64,000 nucleotides of DNA from Bacteroidia bacterium (GCA_030654175.1 JAURXZ010000030.1:588502-652501); one strand, 5' to 3'; numbered from the stretch's first letter, positions 6,755 through 15,967 are shown. Notes: generated by a model not told the origin, from the letters alone. Made by a program: numbers and translations.

Positions 6755-9358
6755 TTATATTATAATTTCAAATGTATCTGTTTTTACTTCAAAAACAAAA
6801 GCCCAACAATTTACAGAATTGAATTTTTTTTGGATAAAAACCTCTCCTATTTTTTTATACGGATAATTAGTAGAAACAGCAAATTGAAGCTTTTGTTTTA
6901 ATTCCCCCCTTTCAATATTTTTCTTTACTGCCGTATCTTTTCGATAACGGTTAAAAGCCTCCTGACAATGGGAAAAATTTATATATAGAAAATCGTAATT
7001 ATCCTGAGGCTCTCGTATGAAGTGAAAACAATCATTAATAGTGTTTTTCTCATATAGTGTTTGGATGGTCTCAAAAAACACATTTACAACATCAATACTG
7101 GCGTTTATCTTACTTTGATTTTGTGTTGTTTCTATTAATCTTTCAAGAAGTAAAGTGTAAAATTTTTCGTCAAGTAATAAACTAAGTGACATTTTAAATG
7201 AGCAAAGTATAATTGAAATGTGGCTCGCTTCCCTTTCAGTCAAAACAACTCTTTTTTTTGATGCAATATTTTTTATTTCCTTCAATACCTCTCTATAAAT
7301 GTTACTAAATTCATCTTTATATTTTATTCTTTGTGTATAAATATCATTAAAAATTACGCTATTACCTTTTTGCAATTCATCTTGTAATTCTTGGATTTTC
7401 TCTTTGGTTATGCTTGTAAATTTAGGATTCCAAGCCATAAAAATTAATCTTGAGAATAAAGCATCATCACCAGTAGGAAAATAATTACCATCCACAAGCA
7501 TACCGGATTTCACCTGTGTAGTATTTGTTTTGTTGTTTTGTGATACCTGAGCCCTTGAATAGCCAACACCATCATAAGCACTTTTTAAAATATCCGTTAA
7601 TTTTTCTTCAAAGACACTTGAAAACTCTTTTATGTAAACGATATTATTGTTTATCTGTGCAAACTTTCTCTCTATTGCTTTTTGCGTGCTTCCACTTGTT
7701 AATTCAGCTTGAGGACTTCCAAAAAAATTCATAAAAAAGTTTACAAAAGTTGTTTTTCCAGTTCCTTTAGGACCATATAAAAACAAAAATGGAAAGGCCG
7801 AAGTTTCTTTGAAAATAATATCCCTATGGATTGTGGCAATTGTATAGCATAGCCCTATTAATCCATCCATATCGTATATTTTATATATTTTTTCCGCAAA
7901 TTCTTTGAGTGTTAAAGTACCTGGTGCAAACTTAAATTTACTCTCTTCTGAAATAAGGCTATTTTCGTCATCATCGGAAGTTAAAATTCGTCCACTAGGG
8001 ATATAATAATACTTGTTATCAATATCAACAACTCCATGTTCATTGCATAACAGGTACTCTCCATTACACTTTAATACACCATTGTAAAACACATAAAAAT
8101 CTTGTGTGTTATATTGTCCTAAAGTATTAATGTATTTAGCCTCTTTAGATGATTTATAAATGCTCTCAACTATGTTTTTTAATATATATGAAGCACCGTT
8201 AAAATTATAGCCTCCCAAAGAAAGTATTGCGGAACAATAACTTGATAAATTTAAAAGATCCTTACTAGTAATTTCTAATAGTTGTGTGCTTCCATCTTCA
8301 CCAAGCAACTCAAAAAGATGCGGAGCGTTGTTACTTCCATCCTTGAAAGTATAAAGCATTTTCATAATAAAATTTGATATACGGATCTCCCTTGTTACCT
8401 TACCAAATGTTTGTTGAACATAATATTGATTATCCCGCATGAAAAACCCATATTTATCAAGACTTTCAGATTCAATTTCTCTTTTATTAGGTTCATTTTT
8501 TGTTTTTAACTGTACTTCAGCTTTTTCGCTTGGTTTTATTTCCGGTTGCAGTCCTTTAATAATCTCATCTGCTAAATCATCCTTATTATTGCGGTCTGGG
8601 AACATATCAACAACGGTATAATTCTGTTCAAACTCATGTAGTTTTTTTAAAGTTGAACTATTCCTCCCTGCATCATCTGCATCATTCAGATAATAAATTT
8701 CACGTCCAAACAAAACGCCTATTTTTTCATTGGTTAATTTATTTGATCCTCCGGTTGCAATCCAATCAAATTGAGGATAAAAGAAACTAGATATAATGGC
8801 TGTTTTTTCGCTCTCTACTAAACAAACTATCTTATTTGTAAGCAAGTGTTCGCCAAACAAACAAAGGCTGTATTTAGTGCCTTTTTTAGCAGTCAATGCA
8901 TAAGGTTTATTTACATGGCTTCGTTTACAATTTTCATCGTATTCAATATGTTGAATATTTACATTTTGTTTATTCAAATTTTGATATACAAATGCTGTTT
9001 TGTCTTCAATCGTTCCGCAATTCCATTGCTTTAAATGCTCCGGTGTAAGCTTCAATGTTTCAATGCAAAACTTATGAAAATTTGATGTTTGATTTTCAAT
9101 TGTCTTATTATAGAAAGGTTCGGAAAGGTAAACAATCTTAATTTTTTCTATTGTATCAACAAATTCTTTGATTTGCGGAATGTCTTTGTCTGTTGGTTGT
9201 ATATGTACCCCACATTCGTTTTTGCGGTCGCAAATACCGAAATCCCTATCACTAAAATTCTGATAATACCTAAAAACTTTTGGCTTTTTACATTTAGGAC
9301 ACGTCCCTTTTGGTTTTGGGTGTTTTTCAAACTGAGGTTTACTTTTAATTTGCGCCAT
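6755..9358 (-). CDS. Primase-helicase fusion (Zn-ribbon + Toprim + P-loop ATPase)
   Basis: CPKC...CDRKNEC Zn motif; Toprim VESEKTA, NDADDAGR and DDLAD; Walker A LYGPKGTGKTT. Confidence 0.85.
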   Translation of the reverse strand: MAQIKSKPQFEKHPKPKGTCPKCKKPKVFRYYQNFSDRDFGICDRKNECGVHIQPTDKDIPQIKEFVDTIEKIKIVYLSEPFYNKTIENQTSNFHKFCIETLKLTPEHLKQWNCGTIEDKTAFVYQNLNKQNVNIQHIEYDENCKRSHVNKPYALTAKKGTKYSLCLFGEHLLTNKIVCLVESEKTAIISSFFYPQFDWIATGGSNKLTNEKIGVLFGREIYYLNDADDAGRNSSTLKKLHEFEQNYTVVDMFPDRNNKDDLADEIIKGLQPEIKPSEKAEVQLKTKNEPNKREIESESLDKYGFFMRDNQYYVQQTFGKVTREIRISNFIMKMLYTFKDGSNNAPHLFELLGEDGSTQLLEITSKDLLNLSSYCSAILSLGGYNFNGASYILKNIVESIYKSSKEAKYINTLGQYNTQDFYVFYNGVLKCNGEYLLCNEHGVVDIDNKYYYIPSGRILTSDDDENSLISEESKFKFAPGTLTLKEFAEKIYKIYDMDGLIGLCYTIATIHRDIIFKETSAFPFLFLYGPKGTGKTTFVNFFMNFFGSPQAELTSGSTQKAIERKFAQINNNIVYIKEFSSVFEEKLTDILKSAYDGVGYSRAQVSQNNKTNTTQVKSGMLVDGNYFPTGDDALFSRLIFMAWNPKFTSITKEKIQELQDELQKGNSVIFNDIYTQRIKYKDEFSNIYREVLKEIKNIASKKRVVLTEREASHISIILCSFKMSLSLLLDEKFYTLLLERLIETTQNQSKINASIDVVNVFFETIQTLYEKNTINDCFHFIREPQDNYDFLYINFSHCQEAFNRYRKDTAVKKNIERGELKQKLQFAVSTNYPYKKIGEVFIQKKFNSVNCWAFVFEVKTDTFEIII

Positions 9359-9369
9359 GGTTTTTTTTA

Positions 9370-9395
9370 AAAAATAAGCCCCAAATTAAGGGGCT
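9370..9395 (-). terminator. Hairpin/U-tract directly upstream of the primase gene
   Basis: Minus strand reads agcccc-ttaattt-ggggcttattttt. Confidence 0.5.
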
Positions 9396-9400
9396 GTTTG

Positions 9401-9811
9401 TTAGTTTATATGAATTATAAAGTGCTTTGCTTGTAAATGAATTGATTTTAATTTATCCTCGTAATCTTCTATATCAATTGAATTGTATTGTGTTTCAAAT
9501 AGCTTGTATTTATCCGCCATACCGGAAAGAACAATGAAATAGTACATTCTCTGATACTCTTTAATAAATTCCTGATCCTTAAAATTGTCCTGGCTAATGC
9601 TTTGAAAAAATCTATTCATGTTTAGGTACAACAACGCAATTGTTTCATTATGTCGACAACTCATATCTTCCGATAATTGGCTCCCAACATAGCCCAAATA
9701 CATTGTTTCTAAATTATTTATTATTGTTTTAGGATCATCAATACTTAGTAGTTTTTCAATAGCGATCAACCTGCTTTTTTCATGTAATATTAATTTTGGC
9801 GTATTTTTCAT
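9401..9811 (-). CDS. Hypothetical protein (136 aa)
   Basis: Likely start MKNTPK at ATG 9811; in the leftward operon between integrase 2 and primase. Confidence 0.65.
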   Translation of the reverse strand: MKNTPKLILHEKSRLIAIEKLLSIDDPKTIINNLETMYLGYVGSQLSEDMSCRHNETIALLYLNMNRFFQSISQDNFKDQEFIKEYQRMYYFIVLSGMADKYKLFETQYNSIDIEDYEDKLKSIHLQAKHFIIHIN

Positions 9812-9915
9812 GGCTTTAATGTTTTTAAGTGAACCAAAGACAATTAACCTGCAAATTGTCTTTGGCTTATTAATCAATTTTCACATTTGCTCGCACCTGG
9901 CTAAGTGATAATTTT

Positions 9916-11214
9916 TTAGTCTAGTTTTAAATAATTAAATCCCTCCATTTCCCTTGCTATTTTGTGTTGTTGAACTTTAGCATAATACTTTTGTGTTGTT
10001 GAAGTTTTTGAATGTCCTAGCATAGCGGCAACCGTTTCTATTGATATTGTACTTTGATTCAAAATTGACGTACCGAACGTCTTTCTAGCCGTATGTGTGC
10101 TCATTAGTTTAGCATCAATTCCGGTAAGCAATGCTATTTCTTTTAAAAAACGGTTCATTATTTGGTTTGAATAAACTGGTAAGACTCCATTATTTTTAAC
10201 CTCTATATCCAAGTCATTGATATTTGAATATCTATTTAATATTTCCATTGCTTCAGGCAAAATTGGTATTGTAGCCTTAATAGATGATTTTTGCCTATTA
10301 ATCAATATCCAGTATTTGCCTCCGGTATCAAGATGAATATGCTCTCTTTTTAAGTTATACAAATCAACGTAAGCTAATCCTGTATAACACTGAAATAAAA
10401 AGCAATCCTTTGTTTTTTGAAGTGGAACAGAAGCGAAATTTTTTTCTTGTAGTATTTTCACTTCATTTATTGAAAGTGATTTTATTTCTTTATTCTTATC
10501 CTTTTTTACTTTGTAACCCGCTAAAAAATTTGTGTGGATATATTCCTGAGTTACTGCATAGTTCAGTACTGATTTGTAAAGAAAAAGGATCTTGCAAAAA
10601 TAATTATTACTAAACTTTTTTGTGGTTTTACAATACACATAAAATTCATCAACTATTTTTTCTCTCATGTCAGTAATTTCAATATCTAACCGTTGATACT
10701 TGATTTTTAAAAAATCACGGAAGAGTTTACAATGAGCAACTTTTGAATTATATGTTCGTTGCCCGAAATCAATATCTATTAAGCTTTCCTGCCTCTCTAA
10801 GAATTTGCTAAAACATTCCATAAAGGATGGAAAAACAGGAACAGCAGAAAATAATTGTTTTTTAATGGCGTTTGAAGAAAGCCCTTTCCCCTGTAAAACA
10901 AGGTCGGTTTCAATCTGTAAAATTCTAGTTTTCATCAGACCTAATTGGGTTCGATAACTTTCGGTATCGGCCTTATTTTCCATGTTAATACGTCCCGAAT
11001 CCCATTCTTTTCTCGTAAGGGAAATACCGGTGCTTAACTCCACTCTTTTACCTGCCAATGTGATCCTACAAACCACAGGTGATTTGTCCTTTCGATTCAT
11101 TTTTTTTGTTGAAAGAAATAGAAGAATACGAGCCTTTGCCCGGGATGGACTAATTTTTTTTATATCATTACTGATACTGGGCAAAAAACTTTGTATTTTT
11201 GTTTCTGTTATCAT
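9916..11214 (-). CDS. Second tyrosine recombinase (Bacteroidota arm-binding/SAM-like/catalytic type, IntDOT-like lacking Arg-I)
   Basis: N-terminal CRITLAGKRVELSTGI; FLFQCYTGLAYVDL; HTARKTFGT; MLGH; TQKYYAK. Confidence 0.9.
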   Translation of the reverse strand: MITETKIQSFLPSISNDIKKISPSRAKARILLFLSTKKMNRKDKSPVVCRITLAGKRVELSTGISLTRKEWDSGRINMENKADTESYRTQLGLMKTRILQIETDLVLQGKGLSSNAIKKQLFSAVPVFPSFMECFSKFLERQESLIDIDFGQRTYNSKVAHCKLFRDFLKIKYQRLDIEITDMREKIVDEFYVYCKTTKKFSNNYFCKILFLYKSVLNYAVTQEYIHTNFLAGYKVKKDKNKEIKSLSINEVKILQEKNFASVPLQKTKDCFLFQCYTGLAYVDLYNLKREHIHLDTGGKYWILINRQKSSIKATIPILPEAMEILNRYSNINDLDIEVKNNGVLPVYSNQIMNRFLKEIALLTGIDAKLMSTHTARKTFGTSILNQSTISIETVAAMLGHSKTSTTQKYYAKVQQHKIAREMEGFNYLKLD

Positions 11215-11263
11215 AACTTTATGTATTTAAGGTTTAATTAAGCCCTCTGTGTGCCGCCAAGCT

Positions 11264-11536
11264 CTAGAGGGTTTTTTTATTGCTATTTTTTATATTTCCC
11301 ATTAAATTTTGAATTATTTCACTTGAATTAGATTGAAGTTTTTCAAGTGCTTTTACTCTATCATTATTTGAATTGTCTTTCAAATCTTCTATTGCTTCAC
11401 TCAATTCTTTTAGGTATGCACTATATTTCATAAGGTTTTCATTGTCGAAATAAATACATTCCGAAACTAAAAAATACGTTAATTCATATTCTGTATTTTC
11501 AGTAAATTTTGTCTGTTTATATTGGCTTCTACTCAT
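11264..11536 (-). CDS. Hypothetical protein (90 aa)
   Basis: ATG-initiated ORF in operon position; coiled-coil-like C-terminal half. Confidence 0.55.
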   Translation of the reverse strand: MSRSQYKQTKFTENTEYELTYFLVSECIYFDNENLMKYSAYLKELSEAIEDLKDNSNNDRVKALEKLQSNSSEIIQNLMGNIKNSNKKTL

Positions 11537-11576
11537 TTGGAATTTTTTTTTAAATCAGCGAAATATGATTTTTGGT

Positions 11577-11837
11577 TTAACAATTATTGTCCTTCTTATA
11601 GCGTAGGACTTCCGCTTCCGTAATTTTTTTACATCTTTTACCTATTGCTTTCAGTGTACCTTTTCTAATATGGTAATTGACTCCCTGGGCGGTTAATTTT
11701 AGCATTGTGGCAACTTGTTTAACCGTTAGTAGTTTTTCTACCTGGCTTTGTTTTTGTTGCTCAATAATGCCGTTAAATTTATTTTCCAATACTTCAAACT
11801 TATTTTTAAGGTCTTGGATTTCCGTTTCTATTGCCAT
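11577..11837 (-). CDS. Excisionase-like HTH protein with N-terminal coiled coil
   Basis: LLTVKQVATMLKLTAQGVNYHIRKGTLKA fits the Xis/MerR-like HTH pattern. Confidence 0.8.
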   Translation of the reverse strand: MAIETEIQDLKNKFEVLENKFNGIIEQQKQSQVEKLLTVKQVATMLKLTAQGVNYHIRKGTLKAIGKRCKKITEAEVLRYKKDNNC

Positions 11838-11866
11838 AGCTGTTTAGTTTATGAATGGTTTTACTC

Positions 11867-12112
11867 TTATTGTTTTTCATTTAGCCCTAAAAGAGTTATG
11901 ACATCTTGCTTTTTATAATAGCACTTACATTGTTTTGATGTGCCTATCTTTTTTACTGGTAGCTTCCCCTCTCTCACATATCTATCAATTGATGAAGTGT
12001 GAACCTGTAATAGTTCGGCCACTTCATTTTTGGTCATTAAGCCCAATTCATCTAAAAGGATTTCATCTCTTTTGGTTAGCTCTTTTTTTTCTACATTTGT
12101 TTCTTTTTTCAT
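11867..12112 (-). CDS. Excisionase/AlpA-like HTH protein
   Basis: LMTKNEVAELLQVHTSSIDRYVREGKLP; first gene divergent from the repressor. Confidence 0.82.
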   Translation of the reverse strand: MKKETNVEKKELTKRDEILLDELGLMTKNEVAELLQVHTSSIDRYVREGKLPVKKIGTSKQCKCYYKKQDVITLLGLNEKQ

Positions 12113-12253
12113 TGTTTTATATAGTTAGTAATGTTGTATGTTGGTTAATATTCAACAATGATACAATTATTAATTGTTAATAAACAACAATAAATTAAAC
12201 AAACTCAATTAATTATTGTTAATAAGTGGTTTTTTACTGTAAAATATAGGGTT
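12113..12253. promoter_or_regulatory. Divergent switch region with repeated GTTAATA putative operators
   Basis: ttgttaataa at 12174 and 12216, tggttaata at 12142, between the divergent HTH genes. Confidence 0.45.
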
Positions 12254-12781
12254 ATGGATGTGAATAAAAAAATTTTAGAATATTTAAAAAAGGAAAGAAT
12301 TTCCCAATCTGAATTGGCGGATAAGACAGGTATTACCCAGCAAAATTTAAACAGATTGCTTAATGCTGAAAACATAAAAGTAAGCCAGATGCTTGAAATA
12401 ACAAAGGCTTTGGAGTTACCATCAACGTATTTTATTGATGGTAAAGTGCAAGCAAAAAATGATGAAATTGAATGGAGAAACAAGAGAATTGAAGAGCTTG
12501 AAGAAATGCTTCGGGATAAAAATCTTATTATAAATGAAAGAAGAAGATACGAAGATCAAAGGTTGTTTGATGCTGTTTTGTCTTTATTAGACCTTGAATT
12601 TAAGAATGTAAAAGCAAATACAAAAAAAGAAATTTTAGAACAATTTAGAAAAAGCATTGGGGATCTTGCTTGGATAGTTGAAACACCAATTAATTTTATC
12701 ACTGATGAAAAGATGAGAAATATTATTGTAAAAGAAATCCAGGAAAGGATTATAAAAATTGAGAACAAAAAATCGAAATAG
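12254..12781 (+). CDS. XRE/Cro-CI family HTH repressor (no S24 peptidase domain seen)
   Basis: ISQSELADKTGITQQNLNRLLN...ITKALEL HTH followed by a coiled-coil C-terminus. Confidence 0.85.
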   Translation: MDVNKKILEYLKKERISQSELADKTGITQQNLNRLLNAENIKVSQMLEITKALELPSTYFIDGKVQAKNDEIEWRNKRIEELEEMLRDKNLIINERRRYEDQRLFDAVLSLLDLEFKNVKANTKKEILEQFRKSIGDLAWIVETPINFITDEKMRNIIVKEIQERIIKIENKKSK

Positions 12782-12805
12782 TTCAGAAAAGAACAAAAGG
12801 AATTA

Positions 12806-12952
12806 ATGAAACGTATATCGGCATTAATTTTATTGATAACCACTGCCTACCAAACTTTTGCAAAGAAAAATTACAAAGAAAAATTCATACCAACAACGTC
12901 AACAACGCTTAATTTGAAAGCCATTTGCATTACTTTGGCAAATTGTGGTTGA
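12806..12952 (+). pseudogene. Probable truncated exported-protein remnant (48 aa)
   Basis: MKRISALILLITTAYQTFA is a Sec-type signal peptide; the frame then runs antisense into the integrase tail and stops. Confidence 0.4.
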
Positions 12953-14161
12953 AACCATTTTCAAAGGCTCTTTTACAATATTAAGGGCTATATTAAACAT
13001 ATCCGCATCCCTATTAACCTTTGTATCAATAATTCTAGCGTAAATACTTGTCTGTTTTAAATCTTTATGTCCTAATAGCTTTGAAACCGTTTCAAACGGT
13101 ACATTAAGCGTAAGTGCTAATGTGCCAAAGGTGTGCCGGGAACAATGAAAGGTCATTTTCTTATTTATTCCTGCCTTAATGCAACTCCTTTTTAAATTAC
13201 GGTTTACAACCTGGTTGCAAGGCATTTTAAACACTGTTTGTTCAGGGTGTGGAGCAATACCCTGTAAAGCTGAATCCGGCTGTAAAAACGCTTTAGCCTT
13301 ATCCGGTAATTTCATTGTAATTACTTCTTTTGTTTTGTGCATCCTTATTGATAAAAAACCATTGTCGATGTCTTTATATCGCAGTAATTTGGCATCCGTA
13401 AAGCGTATTCCGGTATAGCAACAAAATAAAAATGCCCTGAGTGTCTTTTTGGGTTCGTCCTGATCCCGGAGATTATAATAATAGGTAGTAAGATTATCTA
13501 TTTCTTTTTCAAGCAAATATTCTCTTTGAGTGTTTTCGGTCTTTAAACGCTTCAAACTGAAAGGGTATTTATCAATTAATCCCTGTTTTCTAGCCCTGTT
13601 TATAAAGGTTCTTATAAATTTCAGGGAACGGTGTATTGTATTTACCATGTTACCAAGGTCGTTCCGCATATATTTTTCGTAATCGTCTAAAAACCGAAGG
13701 GTAATATCACTGAACAAAATAGAAGGCTTATAGCGCTTTAGTTTGGATAAGTCTTTACCATAACCGATTATAGTGCCTTCGCTTTTATTTCGGATAAGTT
13801 TTTCCTCTTTAATTTCATTTTCTACAAAATCAATGAAGCTTGCCGTTTTTTCATATCCAAACTCATGCTCAAAATCTCCAAGCGTAAGTAACTGATTACT
13901 GTTTTTGAATCTTAGGATTATAGTATCAGCAAGGAGTTTCTTATTACCTATTACCTGGTTAATCTTATCGGAATCGGGGTAACTACGTTTTACCTGTTCT
14001 TTGGCGGCATCCCAAAATAATTGTGGACAATATTCAGCCAATGAAATATCCTTTTTGCGCCCTGCAATTTTTAAACGAAGTAATATAACGCGGGTACTAT
14101 CCTTGCGCATAGCATCTTTGCGAAGGGTCAGGTGAGCTGTGTTGTTTGAAATTGGTTTCAT
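12899..14161 (-). CDS. Site-specific tyrosine integrase of the element
   Basis: FLFCCYTGIRFTD, HCSRHTFGT, LGH and TSIYA give a complete R-H-R-H-Y set; adjacent to att/tRNA. Confidence 0.93.
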   Translation of the reverse strand: MKPISNNTAHLTLRKDAMRKDSTRVILLRLKIAGRKKDISLAEYCPQLFWDAAKEQVKRSYPDSDKINQVIGNKKLLADTIILRFKNSNQLLTLGDFEHEFGYEKTASFIDFVENEIKEEKLIRNKSEGTIIGYGKDLSKLKRYKPSILFSDITLRFLDDYEKYMRNDLGNMVNTIHRSLKFIRTFINRARKQGLIDKYPFSLKRLKTENTQREYLLEKEIDNLTTYYYNLRDQDEPKKTLRAFLFCCYTGIRFTDAKLLRYKDIDNGFLSIRMHKTKEVITMKLPDKAKAFLQPDSALQGIAPHPEQTVFKMPCNQVVNRNLKRSCIKAGINKKMTFHCSRHTFGTLALTLNVPFETVSKLLGHKDLKQTSIYARIIDTKVNRDADMFNIALNIVKEPLKMVSTTICQSNANGFQIKRC

Positions 14162-14166
14162 AGTTT

Positions 14167-14198
14167 TTGTGAACTATTTGTGAACCAATTTCGCTGAT
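14167..14198. promoter_or_regulatory. Putative integrase arm-type binding sites (right end)
   Basis: ttgtgaact-at-ttgtgaacc (11-bp period) plus caatttcgctgat, matching 5628-5657. Confidence 0.7.
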
Positions 14199-14219
14199 TT
14201 TAGATGTTTTACAACCTTT

Positions 14220-14255
14220 GTAAAATCAGGGGATTTCCAAAACCCCTGATTTTAC
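14220..14255. other. Perfect 13-bp inverted repeat between tRNA 3' end and integrase start
   Basis: gtaaaatcagggg ... cccctgattttac; may be an element-supplied terminator or processing site. Confidence 0.6.
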
Positions 14256-14297
14256 TAAGTTTACTAACGTAAAGTTTCTCCAACGTTAGTATTTTAG

Positions 14298-14371
14298 TGG
14301 TCGCGAAGGGATTCAAACCCCTAGCCTTCTGATCCGTAGTCAGACGCTCTATTCAATTGAGCTACGCAACC
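14298..14371 (-). tRNA. tRNA-Arg (ACG)
   Basis: Minus strand GGTTGCGTAGCTCAATTGAATAGAGCGTCTGACTACGGATCAGAAGGCTAGGGGTTTGAATCCCTTCGCGACCA folds as a cloverleaf with anticodon ACG; CCA not encoded; -7 box TATCTTTG at 14400-14393. Confidence 0.96.
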
Positions 14372-14515
14372 ATTTTGCTTTTAAAAGCGCTGCAAAGATA
14401 AGCAAAATTTTATATCAAAAGCCGATAATTCGTATTTTCTTATAAAAAGAAGAACATGTTTCCAGGTATTTTATTTATAATACATTTGTATTAAACTAAT
14501 TAAACCCTAAAAAAC

Positions 14516-15457
14516 ATGATCCCAACTATTCCTATTATTATAAGCGTATTTGTTTTGCTTATCCTGTTTCTTTCCTTTGTAACTGTTGCCCAAGGTACTA
14601 TTGGCGTTGTTACTATATTTGGTAAATTCCGCAGGATCATGGGTCCGGGCTTAAACATGAAGATCCCATTTATTGAAGTGATACACAAGCGTATCTCTAT
14701 TCAAAACCGCTCCGTAGAGCTTGAATTTCAAGCCATTACAATTGACCAGGCGAATGTTTATTTTAAAGCGATGTTGCTTTATTCAGTACTCGACCAACAA
14801 GAAAATACCATTAAGAATGTAGCTTTCAAATTCATTGATGAGCGGAGTTTTATGCAAGCGCTTATCCGCACAATAGAAGGCTCCATCCGTGGTTTTGTTG
14901 CAATAAAAAAGCAAGCTGAAGTATTGGGATTAAGAAAAGACATAACTGAGCATGTAAAAGAACAAATTGATAAAATACTGGAGGAGTGGGGCTTTCACTT
15001 ACAGGATCTTCAATTGAACGACATCACTTTTGATGAAGCAATTATTTTATCCATGTCGAAAGTAGTTGCCTCAAACAATTTGAAAGCTGCTGCCGAAAAT
15101 GAAGGGCAGGCTTTACTTATCACAAAAACTAAATCGGCTGAGGCTGATGGTAATGCTACCAGGATTGCTGCAACCGCAGAAAAAGAAGCGGCACAACTAC
15201 GCGGACAAGGTGTTGCGCTTTTCAGACAAGAAGTGGCCAAAGGTATGAGTGAAGCGGCTAAAGAGATGGAACAAGCTAATTTAGATACTTCTGTAATTTT
15301 ATTTTCGATGTGGACAGAAGCTATTAAAAACTTTGCTGAATACGGAAAAGGAAATGTTATTTTCTTAGATGGATCAAGCGATGGTATGCAACGTACCATG
15401 AAAGAGATGATGGCCATGAGTTCACTGATGGAATCTAAAAAAGGCAATACTCCATAG
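14516..15457 (+). CDS. SPFH/band 7 (stomatin-like) membrane protein
   Basis: N-terminal TM helix; FGKFRRIMGPGLNMKIPFIE; Ala-rich coiled coil. Confidence 0.9.
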   Translation: MIPTIPIIISVFVLLILFLSFVTVAQGTIGVVTIFGKFRRIMGPGLNMKIPFIEVIHKRISIQNRSVELEFQAITIDQANVYFKAMLLYSVLDQQENTIKNVAFKFIDERSFMQALIRTIEGSIRGFVAIKKQAEVLGLRKDITEHVKEQIDKILEEWGFHLQDLQLNDITFDEAIILSMSKVVASNNLKAAAENEGQALLITKTKSAEADGNATRIAATAEKEAAQLRGQGVALFRQEVAKGMSEAAKEMEQANLDTSVILFSMWTEAIKNFAEYGKGNVIFLDGSSDGMQRTMKEMMAMSSLMESKKGNTP

Positions 15458-15581
15458 GTAAATCATAAATAACAATACTGAATCTGGTAAAAATGTTTCA
15501 GAATTTTTTGTGTTAAAATTAAAAGGTATGTTTTTCAAAGAATACTAAATTAAAATTCATTGGACGTACACCTTTCTTATC

Positions 15582-15624
15582 AGCCCCTTTCCTTCTCCAG
15601 ATATGGAGATGGGAAGGGGTTTTT
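15582..15624 (+). terminator. Long hairpin/terminator downstream of SPFH gene
   Basis: agcccctttccttctcca-gata-tggagatgggaaggggttttt. Confidence 0.6.
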
Positions 15625-15887
15625 AATTTCGAAAAAGACAGCAAACTTCCAATACTGTCTCAATCCTACTACCTTCAATAAAACCTCTTTTTCAGGAATC
15701 AATTTATGCAAAAGAACAATCATTTTTCAGAACATGTGAATGATGTAAGTCTTTCCTGAAATTCCGTAATACTTTCATTTTTTTTAAAACTCACCTTTGA
15801 TCATTGATATAAATTCGGGAATCACAATTATTCAGGTTATTATGATTTGTGAGTATAAAATTTTTGTTCAAAATAAAATGTTAATAG

Positions 15888-15931
15888 GTGACATAAGTCA
15901 CAGTTAAATACATTTTATTGTTTGACTTTTG
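15888..15931 (+). promoter_or_regulatory. Palindromic GTGAC-N4-GTCAC site 22 bp upstream of a degenerate -7 box
   Basis: gtgacataagtcac 15888-15901; gacttttg 15924-15931. Confidence 0.6.
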
Positions 15932-15967
15932 TTATATAAATTATTAACCATACAAATCACTATTAAA

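Larger units (their letters stand above)
5561..14312. mobile_element. tRNA-Arg-integrated satellite/PICI-like element, ~8.75 kb
   Basis: 18-bp att direct repeat; integrase next to the tRNA; divergent repressor and Xis-like genes; primase-helicase followed by iterons; visibly AT-richer than the flanking PKD gene. Confidence 0.88.

Noticed and set aside
5561-14312. Complete prophage or conjugative/mobilisable transposon
   Set aside because: No structural, lysis, terminase, relaxase or tra genes recognised between the att sites.
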